The notes under the pieces are model-generated. The model saw only the letters and a program-made list of their open reading frames with translations. It had not been told where the DNA came from and did not search any database. 64,000 nt of DNA from the IMG/VR virus record IMGVR_UViG_3300025598_000021. One strand, 5' to 3'. How positions within the stretch are numbered: the first letter of the stretch is position 1; the number at the start of each line of letters is the position of its first letter. This document shows positions 55,747 to 64,000 of the stretch, piece after piece. Made by a program: the position numbers and the translations under genes. This DNA comes from a virus.

Positions 55747-56490
55747 TCATGATAAAAAGATCGCCCAAAAGTCATCTGCTAGATGTTCGTTAGTTAGATA
55801 GTCATGCGGAATATAGCAGTATCCTCTATCTCCCCATCCTTCGCCCCAAGAGTTACGAACGATGAAGTTACTTCCTTCACTGCCTACGATGAGCATGCAA
55901 TGGCCACCGACTACCGTCTCTGTGTTGCTAGGCATAGGGACCACGCCGGTCTGAGCGACAGCGTCTGACTCAAACGACCGATATAGAGTAGCGCCAAACA
56001 CGATAGGAATGTTGTGGCTGAGTACGTTGACGATATTTGCTAGCTTTACCGGCACTCTAGAGTACTGTTTGATGATATGTTTCTTAGCCTCAGCGTACGC
56101 CGCGTCTGATGGTCTAGTGGTTAGCTGATTAGGGTCGAACGGCCACACATCTTCGTTAGGAGCGCCGAGAGAAGCGACTACCTTAATACCATCGCGAATT
56201 TCTGCGCCGGCGTCCTGATCAGTGGTGTTCTCAATAACGCGCTCGTTATAGTAGATGAACAGTCTTGATGGAATATAGTCGGCTTTACCTTGAGCTCTTA
56301 GACCGTACTCTACTGCGCCGGCGATGCCGTTACCGGTACAGGAACCTGTCTGACCCTGGTCGTATACGGGAGGAAGATGTCCGGTCTTTCTAAGATCGAT
56401 ATTCTTAGGTGCACCCTTCTTTGCTTTTAAATCGCAGATTAAATCTCTATGATCTGGCTTATCTGGGCGCCAGCCGTATCTTCTAATCAT
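55747..56490 (-). CDS. C1 (papain-like) cysteine peptidase
   Basis: DQGQTGSCT, SRLFIYYNER, GGHCM, RNSWG..WGDRGY. Confidence 0.9.
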   Translation of the reverse strand: MIRRYGWRPDKPDHRDLICDLKAKKGAPKNIDLRKTGHLPPVYDQGQTGSCTGNGIAGAVEYGLRAQGKADYIPSRLFIYYNERVIENTTDQDAGAEIRDGIKVVASLGAPNEDVWPFDPNQLTTRPSDAAYAEAKKHIIKQYSRVPVKLANIVNVLSHNIPIVFGATLYRSFESDAVAQTGVVPMPSNTETVVGGHCMLIVGSEGSNFIVRNSWGEGWGDRGYCYIPHDYLTNEHLADDFWAIFLS

Positions 56491-56686
56491 TCTTCTCTCC
56501 TTTGTCCGAATTAGACTTATTATTTATCTGGTGTCTTATCTCCTCAACGATCGCACCCATACAAATACCACACCTAGGATTCCAACCAAGAAAACTAAGG
56601 GCGTCTTTAACAGACGGATCGACGTGCCACCGGACATAGTCTCTTATCTCATTGGTAGAGATGACGTTACAAGAACATATGATCAT
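56483..56686 (-). CDS. bfd: Bfd-like [2Fe-2S] ferredoxin
   Basis: MIICSCNVIS..CGIC. Confidence 0.75.
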   Translation of the reverse strand: MIICSCNVISTNEIRDYVRWHVDPSVKDALSFLGWNPRCGICMGAIVEEIRHQINNKSNSDKGEKND

Positions 56687-56783
56687 GGGTTACCCAACAG
56701 CTGCATGGTAATCTTAAGAAGTACGCTAGCGCTTCCTGCTATACATAAAGCTTTTAATAGTATAACTACTCTAGGATCTAACA

Positions 56784-58199
56784 TTATTTAAACCCGCTAA
56801 ACATCGACCTGTCGAACTTAGACGCCGGCTTATTTCTTTCAAACTCTTCTTCGCCAAATTTAGAGTTGTCAAATACCGACTTCGTAGAAGGTCCATCTAG
56901 AATACCCTCTTGAGCAGACTGCTCAACATCGTAAAGTCGCATCTTTGAGCGATCAATACCAACGACGAACCTACGATTGCTCCCTGGATCATTATAGCGA
57001 TTCTTGAGCTGCTTAACCATGATCTGATTGAGTGACTCAAGCTCTTCTGTCGAGATGAGTGCAAACATAAAATCAGCTGTGGCCGGGAGTCCAAAGGATT
57101 CTGATGTATCTTCCAGTCCCACGTCGCTGTTCGAATATCCGCCTCGAGTTGTTTGAGTCGCAGAGACGATAGGTACATCGTATTCCACGGCGAGTCCTCG
57201 AAGCTCTTCTGCGATTGCCTTGATATAGGTATAAGAATTGACGTTGGCTCCATACTTCATCCTCGATGACATACAAATGTTGAGATAATCAATATAGATA
57301 ATATCCGGCTGAAAGTTCTTCTTGATCTTTAACTCATTGAGAAGATGTCTAAAGTTTGCAGATCCGGCGCATGCAGTCGGATATTCTTTGATGATAAGTT
57401 TACCAGTCGTCTTTGACTTCAACGTACCTATTTTAGAGTCATAAGACTGCTTTGGCAGCAACTCAAGTTCATCCATAGTGACGTTGAGGAGATTAGCGTC
57501 GATGCGCTCGGCGATTCTCTCCTCAGCCATCTCTAGCGTAATGTATAGTACATTGAGTCCTTTGGAGAGGTTCCCTGCTGCGCAGTGACACATGAATAGC
57601 GATTTGCCGACACCTGTACCTGCGAGTGCGATATTGAGAGTCTTGTTCGGCAGGCCACCGTTTGTGATGGCGTTAAAGTAGTCAAGATCGAATGGAACTC
57701 TCTTCTCTTTACGGTGGTAGAACTCGTATCGTTCATCAGTATCCACCAAGAAATCATGACCAATATGGGTGTCAAAAGAAACAGCAAGGGCATCAGTAAG
57801 TATTTGAGGAATCGAACCTTTTGAGATTGAAGCATTCTTCTCATCCATTATTTTGATCGACTTCATGATCGCAAGATAAAGTGATTTATCTTGACAGAAT
57901 TTCTCTGTCTGATCCAAAATCCAATCTAGTTTAGTGTTTGGGTCCTGTGACAGCGACCCGATTATGTCTTTGCACGACTTGAAGCTGTCTTCGCTTAAGC
58001 CGTCCTTATTACTTAGGTCGATCGAGAGAGCCTCGATCGATGGAAATGAATTATATTTCTTAACGTATTCATCGACCAACTCAAAGACTGTTCTCTCTGA
58101 GTAGTCTGTAAAATATTCTGTCTTTAAAAACGGTATAGCCTTCCTGCTAAAATCCTCGTTAAACACGAGATTAGAAAGTATGACGCATTCGATATTCAA
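56784..58199 (-). CDS. gp41: Replicative helicase gp41
   Basis: AGTGVGKS, TLEMAEE, IDYLNIC, SATQTTR, SESFGLPATAD; TTG start after GGAGG. Confidence 0.95.
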   Translation of the reverse strand: MNIECVILSNLVFNEDFSRKAIPFLKTEYFTDYSERTVFELVDEYVKKYNSFPSIEALSIDLSNKDGLSEDSFKSCKDIIGSLSQDPNTKLDWILDQTEKFCQDKSLYLAIMKSIKIMDEKNASISKGSIPQILTDALAVSFDTHIGHDFLVDTDERYEFYHRKEKRVPFDLDYFNAITNGGLPNKTLNIALAGTGVGKSLFMCHCAAGNLSKGLNVLYITLEMAEERIAERIDANLLNVTMDELELLPKQSYDSKIGTLKSKTTGKLIIKEYPTACAGSANFRHLLNELKIKKNFQPDIIYIDYLNICMSSRMKYGANVNSYTYIKAIAEELRGLAVEYDVPIVSATQTTRGGYSNSDVGLEDTSESFGLPATADFMFALISTEELESLNQIMVKQLKNRYNDPGSNRRFVVGIDRSKMRLYDVEQSAQEGILDGPSTKSVFDNSKFGEEEFERNKPASKFDRSMFSGFK

Positions 58200-58214
58200 T
58201 TAACATGCCTCCAG

Positions 58215-58763
58215 TTATCTAAACAGTGGACCCTTAAACCATACAGAAAGAGTCTTTCTCTCTCCTTTAGTGACGGGAGTGACTCTATGCTGCATGTATG
58301 ACGGGAATATTATCACACTTCCCATGCTATCAAATTCTTTTACGTGTTTTGGACCGTTTGAGAACAACTCAAACTTTCCACCCTCATATGGCTCAGTCGA
58401 TAGATTTACTATAGCCGTAAGCTTATAGTCGTGCATCTCACCAAATCTACCGTCAGAATGCCAGCTGTATTCGCTCTTGTGCTTTTCATTATATACGTTG
58501 TAGTGAATTATATCTGGATCTAACAGCTTATAGATATGAAATCCAAAGTTTTCATTATTCACGTGATTGACTATATCTTCAAACTCTCCTAGACTGTTCT
58601 TACAGTTCTTCCATGGAGTCATTAAAACTCTTGAAGTCTTAACGATGCCGCTGGCTGGATTGTCTGTCAATCCAGCGTCAGCAGCGCTCATCATCAAGTT
58701 AGATACAGCTTCACAACTCTGTCTTAAGAACATGTTCTCAAAGAAATAGTGATCGTACTTCAT
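58215..58763 (-). CDS. 2OG-Fe(II) oxygenase (prolyl-hydroxylase/PKHD-like)
   Basis: WHSD..KLT..YEGG..FPS..HRVTPVTKGER. Confidence 0.85.
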   Translation of the reverse strand: MKYDHYFFENMFLRQSCEAVSNLMMSAADAGLTDNPASGIVKTSRVLMTPWKNCKNSLGEFEDIVNHVNNENFGFHIYKLLDPDIIHYNVYNEKHKSEYSWHSDGRFGEMHDYKLTAIVNLSTEPYEGGKFELFSNGPKHVKEFDSMGSVIIFPSYMQHRVTPVTKGERKTLSVWFKGPLFR

Positions 58764-59818
58764 TATCCTACTTCTTCTGTCTCATCATTATATACCAGAC
58801 TTCCTTCAGTGTCAAGTGAATAAGTCTTCTTAATATAGTCTGCGAAGTCTGTGGTCTTAAACATATTCATCCAAAACTCTTTATTGTCCACGATATCAGC
58901 CGCTCTGAAGTTCTTTCCATCGACTTCGCCAGTTTCACGATTGACGACGGAGTACCATCCCACTTTTGGCTTAGCCACGTAATTACCTTCGATGGCAAGA
59001 TCGAGGAGACCGCTCCAGCGATTAATACCACCCTCATAGCTAATGGTAATCGGTATCTTAGATTTTTCACGAACGTAACGCGATTTCTCAACATTGATGA
59101 CAAAATGGTACCCCTGAATCTCTGTTCCATCTTTATCCTGCTGCCTTCCTAAGATCCAGATATTATCTGCGCCGTAGTACGCGCCTGTACCACCACCGAC
59201 GACTGCCTTTGGAAACATACCAATTTCCATGTACGTATGATTTACCGCAGCGACTGGAATGTCTTTGAGTGTAAGATGCGGAGTGATCATTCTAAACAGC
59301 GACTTAAGCTGCTTTGCGCGAGACATGTCGGCTACTGACTTTTCATTAAGAGCGTCTTCAACTTCTTTCTTAGAAGCAAGATTACCAATAGAGTCAATAA
59401 TGATAAGCACGCGATCGTTGCGATCAATCTCCTTGAGCTGCTTCATAATATCGAACTTCAACTCTTCGACGTCCGTAATTGGTGTGTGAACGACAGAGTC
59501 TAGCGGAATATTAAACTTTGAGAAATAAGACTGAGGCGTACCAAACTCTGAGTCATAGAATAAGATGACTCCATCTGGATATTTCTTAAGATAAGAAGAA
59601 GCGAGAAGAAGAGCGAAGCCGGTCTTAAAGTGCTTCGAAGGACCGGCGAGCATGGTAAGTCCAGGCGTGATACCGCCATCGATAGTACCAGAAAGAGCCA
59701 CGTTGATCATCGGCACGGGCGTTGGGATCATATCTTTCTTAGTGTAGATCTTAGAGTCCGTAAGAGTCGAAGTGTATTCAATAGTACTGTTTTTAATAAG
59801 TTTTTCTTTTAAAGACAT
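58763..59818 (-). CDS. uvsX: UvsX recombinase
   Basis: AGPSKHFKT, YDSEFG, IDSIGNLASKKE, DMSRAK. Confidence 0.95.
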   Translation of the reverse strand: MSLKEKLIKNSTIEYTSTLTDSKIYTKKDMIPTPVPMINVALSGTIDGGITPGLTMLAGPSKHFKTGFALLLASSYLKKYPDGVILFYDSEFGTPQSYFSKFNIPLDSVVHTPITDVEELKFDIMKQLKEIDRNDRVLIIIDSIGNLASKKEVEDALNEKSVADMSRAKQLKSLFRMITPHLTLKDIPVAAVNHTYMEIGMFPKAVVGGGTGAYYGADNIWILGRQQDKDGTEIQGYHFVINVEKSRYVREKSKIPITISYEGGINRWSGLLDLAIEGNYVAKPKVGWYSVVNRETGEVDGKNFRAADIVDNKEFWMNMFKTTDFADYIKKTYSLDTEGSLVYNDETEEVG

Positions 59819-59841
59819 ATTAATTCTCCATGTATTATAGT

Positions 59842-59870
59842 ATTATACAATTTATAGCGATGTATGTCAA
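59842..59870 (-). promoter_or_regulatory. Sigma70-type promoter of uvsX
   Basis: TTGACA-17 nt-TATAAT. Confidence 0.75.
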
Positions 59871-60082
59871 CTTTTAATATAATCGTCCATCTTCTTTATA
59901 AATGCATCTATCTGTTTGGATCTATCAACACCATTCCACTTGATGATGTCTTTAGTCTTATCTCCCTTGAGGTTGTTCAAGAAAGGCATGATCATGTCTC
60001 TTAGACCCTGTAGCTTTTCTTGTTGGCCTTTAAGCTCATCTTCTGTAGTGAAGCCAAAATCGAAGTCGTCACTCATTTTCAT
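59867..60082 (-). CDS. Conserved small hypothetical protein
   Basis: DDFDFGF..IMPFLNNL..IIKW. Confidence 0.6.
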   Translation of the reverse strand: MKMSDDFDFGFTTEDELKGQQEKLQGLRDMIMPFLNNLKGDKTKDIIKWNGVDRSKQIDAFIKKMDDYIKS

Positions 60083-60269
60083 TTGCCTTTTCTTTTAAAT
60101 ATTCATCAATACTTATCTGTTTAACCTCGCTGGCAGCGCCAAATGACTGCTCGGTCCAAAAAGTTTTAGTATATACTCTTTCTTGTTTTAATTTTTCTCT
60201 TAGATTTTCTCTATCTTCAAAAGACATTTTATCAAAATCTAATTTTTTATTCTTTTTTGACTTCTTCAT
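60069..60269 (-). CDS. Hypothetical protein
   Basis: ATG overlapping the gp43 stop, GGAGG RBS. Confidence 0.5.
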   Translation of the reverse strand: MKKSKKNKKLDFDKMSFEDRENLREKLKQERVYTKTFWTEQSFGAASEVKQISIDEYLKEKANENE

Positions 60270-62758
60270 CCGAAAAAATCCTCCAGTGTTGATTTCTGTT
60301 CTATGTCCCACCCGATCACTTCAGTGATTGATTTAAGTGGATCTAGAAATGATTTGTTAAACTGCATCTCTTTATCGATATACTTATCAATGTTAAATTC
60401 TTTTGGAAGCTCATCAGGAGTGGCTATAACGTTCTCATTAATAACAGGATTAGGAGTAACGAGATATACGAACCTGATCTTGTCTCCATCTACAATTGGC
60501 GGTATGTTCTTCATGTTATGCTTCTTTAACAGATTATTAAAGAGCAACGCACCCTTAATATGCATTGGAGTAGACTTCTTATAGACTCTAGATCCATCCT
60601 TGTACTTGTCTATTCCATTAACGCCGCGCGGGAACGCAATCACCTCAAACGGTAGAGTCTTAAACTCGTTCTTAAAGTTAGTAATAAACTCTCTGAGATC
60701 GTCTTGAGTACCGTTCATGATGATCTCTAGACCGTTCTTAATATTCTCCCTGCACGCGTGTGGAGTAGAAGATCTAATAGCCTCAATACCCTGAAGTTTA
60801 AGTTTTGGCTTCTCATAGCGTACTCCCTCGACGTCCCACGCGTTGAGTATGTACATCTTCTTACCACGCCATATTCCCTTGTTAGCGATGGTCTCACGCT
60901 TCATCTTCATCTTCTGCTGATACGCGTTCATCATATCGGCGAGTTCTTGGTAGCACTTGTCGATATACTGCTGCAGCTTCTTCTCACAGAATATATCTAG
61001 GGCATTGACTATCTTCTTCTCGTCTACGTCACCCATTGTAGCTACGAGTTTATCCATGCGAACGTAGATAGAATCGGTATCAGACGCGATGACATAATCT
61101 TCATCTGTCTTCAGTATCTTATTCATGTATTGATTGATTTTCTTTTCAATCCAGCGAATAGACAGCTGACCAGAAGTAGTGATGGCTTCTGCAAGATCGA
61201 AGTTAAACCAGCGAAAGTACTGGTTAGCGAGAGCGCCGTAAGCTGAGTTTAACTGAATCTTTTTTGCAAGCTGCATGTTATGATATCTAGCTACTAGCTT
61301 TTCGTCTTCTAGAGTCTTTGACTTCTCATATCGCTGCTTGGCTTCCAGCATCAGTTTCTTATACTTAGTACGATCGTCGTACATTCTTTCCATAAGTGCG
61401 GGAAGGAAACCCTGCTTGTCTTTTTTAAACGTACAACCGTTTGCGGCGTATGCGTATTTACTATCTTTATATTCAAAATTACCATCAAGCAGCCAGTCTA
61501 CGCCTCCGGAAGGACCGAGTTTTCCAGTGAGTGTCTCAGGACTGATATTGTACTGCATGATTAGATGTGGATAAAGAGAGTTCAAGTCAAAAGATACGAC
61601 CCACTTGCTCAGACCGATCTTTGGATCTTTAACATATCCGCCGACAAGACCACCCTCAAACACCTGCTTCTTAGACTGCGGGATGACTATCTTCTGATCT
61701 AGCAGATAGTTGTGGATGATGATATCCCACGGGCGAACGGTAGCCATAGTGTCAGTATAGTTCACTTTAGCGTCATATGCGATAGCCATGACCTGCTCGA
61801 TGAACTTTAACTTATCTTCTAGCTTTTGAACTAGAAGAACGTCGTGTATGTTATACTCCATATACTTTTGAAAGTTATTCTTATAGAATTCATTGAGAGA
61901 TCCATATTCAGAATAGTCTAACTTTCTCTCACTTAATTCTATCTGAGCGATATAGTCAAGTTTATAAGACTCTTGATTACCGAACGAGAACTTACGATAG
62001 AGTCGATAGTAGTCTAGATCAGACACGCCGACGATCTCGTACACCTTATTCTCTTTACCGCGAAACTCTACTACCTTTTCATTTAGCATCTTCCAAGGAG
62101 ATAGTCTTTTAGCTTCTCTTTCATTATATAGAGTCGTAATCCTGTTAATAAGATATGGGATATCAAAAAATTCAATATTCCATCCCGTGATGATGTCCGG
62201 CATCCACGCGTCTGATTCCCAGACTTGAAGAAATTTCTGAATAAGGTCATATTCGTCTTTACATTTCAAGTAGAATGAATTTTCACTGGTCGGTTTGAAG
62301 TCTTTAACGCCAAAAGACGCAGTCTTTCCACGACTGTGAATAGTAATTGCAGTTATAGGCTGATCTGCTTTATCCACATCAGGAAAACCTACGACATCTT
62401 CACCACCACACTCAATATCTAGAGTAACAACGTTGATCGTTTTAGGATCGTAGTCTATGTCTCCTTGATAGTTATCGTAGATATAAAGATAAGGATAGTT
62501 AGTAAGACCGAATACCTCGAACCCACCAACATCCTTATGCTCGTCAATGAAGTCTCTTGCATCTCTGATAGAGTCAAACTCGATCTTAGCGACCGGCCTG
62601 TTATCTAGACTCTTATACCCGCTATTTGTATTATTGCGATCGGTAACAAAGAGATAGGGCTTATAGGGCACTACCTCTTTGAACTTTAATCCTTTATCGT
62701 AACCTCTAACATAGATCTTACTTCCATATTGAAATACACTCGTGTAGAATCGCGACAT
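60266..62758 (-). CDS. gp43: Family B DNA polymerase gp43 (uninterrupted)
   Basis: LDIE exonuclease, SFDLNSLYPH, KIQLNSAYG, SDTDS, KKMY motifs. Confidence 0.97.
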   Translation of the reverse strand: MSRFYTSVFQYGSKIYVRGYDKGLKFKEVVPYKPYLFVTDRNNTNSGYKSLDNRPVAKIEFDSIRDARDFIDEHKDVGGFEVFGLTNYPYLYIYDNYQGDIDYDPKTINVVTLDIECGGEDVVGFPDVDKADQPITAITIHSRGKTASFGVKDFKPTSENSFYLKCKDEYDLIQKFLQVWESDAWMPDIITGWNIEFFDIPYLINRITTLYNEREAKRLSPWKMLNEKVVEFRGKENKVYEIVGVSDLDYYRLYRKFSFGNQESYKLDYIAQIELSERKLDYSEYGSLNEFYKNNFQKYMEYNIHDVLLVQKLEDKLKFIEQVMAIAYDAKVNYTDTMATVRPWDIIIHNYLLDQKIVIPQSKKQVFEGGLVGGYVKDPKIGLSKWVVSFDLNSLYPHLIMQYNISPETLTGKLGPSGGVDWLLDGNFEYKDSKYAYAANGCTFKKDKQGFLPALMERMYDDRTKYKKLMLEAKQRYEKSKTLEDEKLVARYHNMQLAKKIQLNSAYGALANQYFRWFNFDLAEAITTSGQLSIRWIEKKINQYMNKILKTDEDYVIASDTDSIYVRMDKLVATMGDVDEKKIVNALDIFCEKKLQQYIDKCYQELADMMNAYQQKMKMKRETIANKGIWRGKKMYILNAWDVEGVRYEKPKLKLQGIEAIRSSTPHACRENIKNGLEIIMNGTQDDLREFITNFKNEFKTLPFEVIAFPRGVNGIDKYKDGSRVYKKSTPMHIKGALLFNNLLKKHNMKNIPPIVDGDKIRFVYLVTPNPVINENVIATPDELPKEFNIDKYIDKEMQFNKSFLDPLKSITEVIGWDIEQKSTLEDFFG

Positions 62759-62787
62759 TTAATCTCCAATAATCAAGTTCAAATTTT

Positions 62788-62815
62788 ATTATATCACAAG
62801 TATGTCGTATGTCAA
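62788..62815 (-). promoter_or_regulatory. Sigma70-type promoter of gp43
   Basis: TTGACA-16 nt-TATAAT. Confidence 0.7.
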
Positions 62816-62818
62816 CTA

Positions 62819-63322
62819 TCAATGTATTCCGTGGTCTTTCATGTCTTGATATGGATCATAGTCTACCGGGGGATACCACTTACCAGCAAATAGATCTTTC
62901 TGACGAAATACTGGAACTCTCTGCACGTGGTCCCAATCGTGAAAAGTGTGTTTCTGGTGCGGAGTACCCCAGTCGATGCCGGAGATAAGTCCTACTTTCT
63001 TACATAGATCGACGAAGAAGCTGTAATGAGGGCCGTCTGGATCATATTTTCCATTAACATATAGATTTAAGTCACAAGCGACGCCAAATCCATGACAACC
63101 GACTTTTTTAAGCTGTGTATAACCCTGTTTGAACAGCTGACCCTGCCTAGTCTGTGAACGATATGTCTCAGCTACTCTAATCTCGTGACCGGCTTCATGA
63201 GCTAGAACGATCAACTTAGCTACAGCCGCTCTCGTGCCCGGTTCTAGCAGAGAAATGTCCTGTATAGCTTTAGTAGAATTGAATCTTTTGTCTTTTTTGA
63301 GTACGTCTGTGTAGAAACTCAT
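62819..63322 (-). CDS. M15-family peptidase endolysin
   Basis: ETYRSQTRQ..GCHGFGVACD..DWDHVQ. Confidence 0.8.
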   Translation of the reverse strand: MSFYTDVLKKDKRFNSTKAIQDISLLEPGTRAAVAKLIVLAHEAGHEIRVAETYRSQTRQGQLFKQGYTQLKKVGCHGFGVACDLNLYVNGKYDPDGPHYSFFVDLCKKVGLISGIDWGTPHQKHTFHDWDHVQRVPVFRQKDLFAGKWYPPVDYDPYQDMKDHGIH

Positions 63323-63341
63323 AAGAATCTCCTAAGAAAAT

Positions 63342-63364
63342 AAAAGGGAGGGTGGACCCCTCCC
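63342..63364 (-). terminator. Rho-independent terminator
   Basis: GGGAGGG/CCCTCCC stem plus TTTT on minus. Confidence 0.65.
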
Positions 63365-63380
63365 CATATTTATTAGAGAT

Positions 63381-63830
63381 TTACTTAATATTGACTTTTT
63401 TAGGTTTCTTAGACTCCGGAACAACATTTTCAAGAAAGATCTTGAGCATACCGTTGATGTATTCTGCATTCTTCACCTCAACTGTATCAGCTAGAGTGAA
63501 CTTACGCGTAAATACACGGTCTGCAATGCCCTTCCAGATGTATTCTACTGGATTACTCACGGGATCGATCTCATCGACCGTATATCCGCCTTTGACAACA
63601 AGGGTGTTATTAGCCAACTCGATGTCGAGATTGTGCTTTCCGAACCCAGCTACAGCCAACTCAATGGTGTAGTTGTTATCGTCGTTCTTTACAATGTTGT
63701 ACGGGGGATATCCTGGAACGCTCTTAGCGTATGTCTCGTGGGCTGCGTGTAGATTCTTTAACACTTTATCAGCTCCTACGAAGAACTTGTCAAAGTGCGC
63801 GGCATTCCAAGGCAATAGTTCATTTGTCAT
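63381..63830 (-). CDS. Small heat shock protein Hsp20 (IbpA-like)
   Basis: YPPYNI..IELAVAGF..KGIADRVFTRKF..NGMLKI. Confidence 0.95.
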   Translation of the reverse strand: MTNELLPWNAAHFDKFFVGADKVLKNLHAAHETYAKSVPGYPPYNIVKNDDNNYTIELAVAGFGKHNLDIELANNTLVVKGGYTVDEIDPVSNPVEYIWKGIADRVFTRKFTLADTVEVKNAEYINGMLKIFLENVVPESKKPKKVNIK

Positions 63831-64000
63831 ATGTTTCTCCTATTAAGCGAGATTTAAATTTGTGACCCTTTCGGCGCCACGTATATTATATAGTCACTAA
63901 TATCTAAAAGTCAATAGGTGGAGGCAAAATAAATCACCTCCACCCGTGTTGTTGATTAATTAGTCAGTAATGCAGAACCTTCTCTCCCAAGAAGAGCATG

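Noticed and set aside
37935-62758. Introns or inteins in nrdJ, thyX, gp61, gp41, uvsX or gp43
   Set aside because: All are uninterrupted and of expected length
1193-63672. Many short antisense or out-of-frame ORFs in the track (e.g. 5095-5529, 14851-15225, 47027-47527, 63352-63672)
   Set aside because: They lie within well-supported genes and lack recognisable motifs; treated as shadow ORFs
1-64000. Stop-codon reassignment suggested by abundant TAG trinucleotides
   Set aside because: Core genes are full length in the standard code, TAG terminates uvsY (153-155), and no suppressor tRNA was seen

Overview
The window is a 64 kb segment of a large T4-like (Tevenvirinae-related) lytic myophage genome. 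Genes run on + from 1 to about 23.2 kb and almost entirely on - from there to the end. It holds the T4 core replication, recombination and late-transcription set: uvsY, uvsW, gp55, gp47, gp46, gp45, gp44, gp62, regA, rnh, gp61, gp41, uvsX and gp43. It also has class II RNR, ThyX, glutaredoxin, PhoH, Hsp20, three tRNAs, two free-standing GIY-YIG-type homing endonucleases, T4 late promoters (TATAAATA) and many near-consensus sigma70 promoters. Several exported proteins resemble alphaproteobacterial (Hyphomicrobiales-like) families, so that host is plausible but inferred. The most notable accessory content is: (1) a cytosine-hypermodification cluster built around a T4 gp42-type dCMP hydroxymethylase, with two glycosyltransferase-like genes and a C5-methyltransferase homolog with a degenerate SAM motif; (2) a separate NDP-heptose-type operon (GmhA, HddA, GmhB, HIGH-family nucleotidyltransferase, GT, methyltransferase); (3) a rare A34 tRNA-Thr(AGT) near a second, TadA-like deaminase; (4) a dispersed N-terminal processing/N-degron toolkit (PDF, GNAT, ATE/Bpt-like transferase, ClpP); (5) four late genes sharing a T4 capsid-targeting-like N-terminus, including ligase-like, HAD and nucleotidyltransferase domains; (6) a candidate late structured ncRNA. 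All calls come from motif recognition by eye; no database searches were run.
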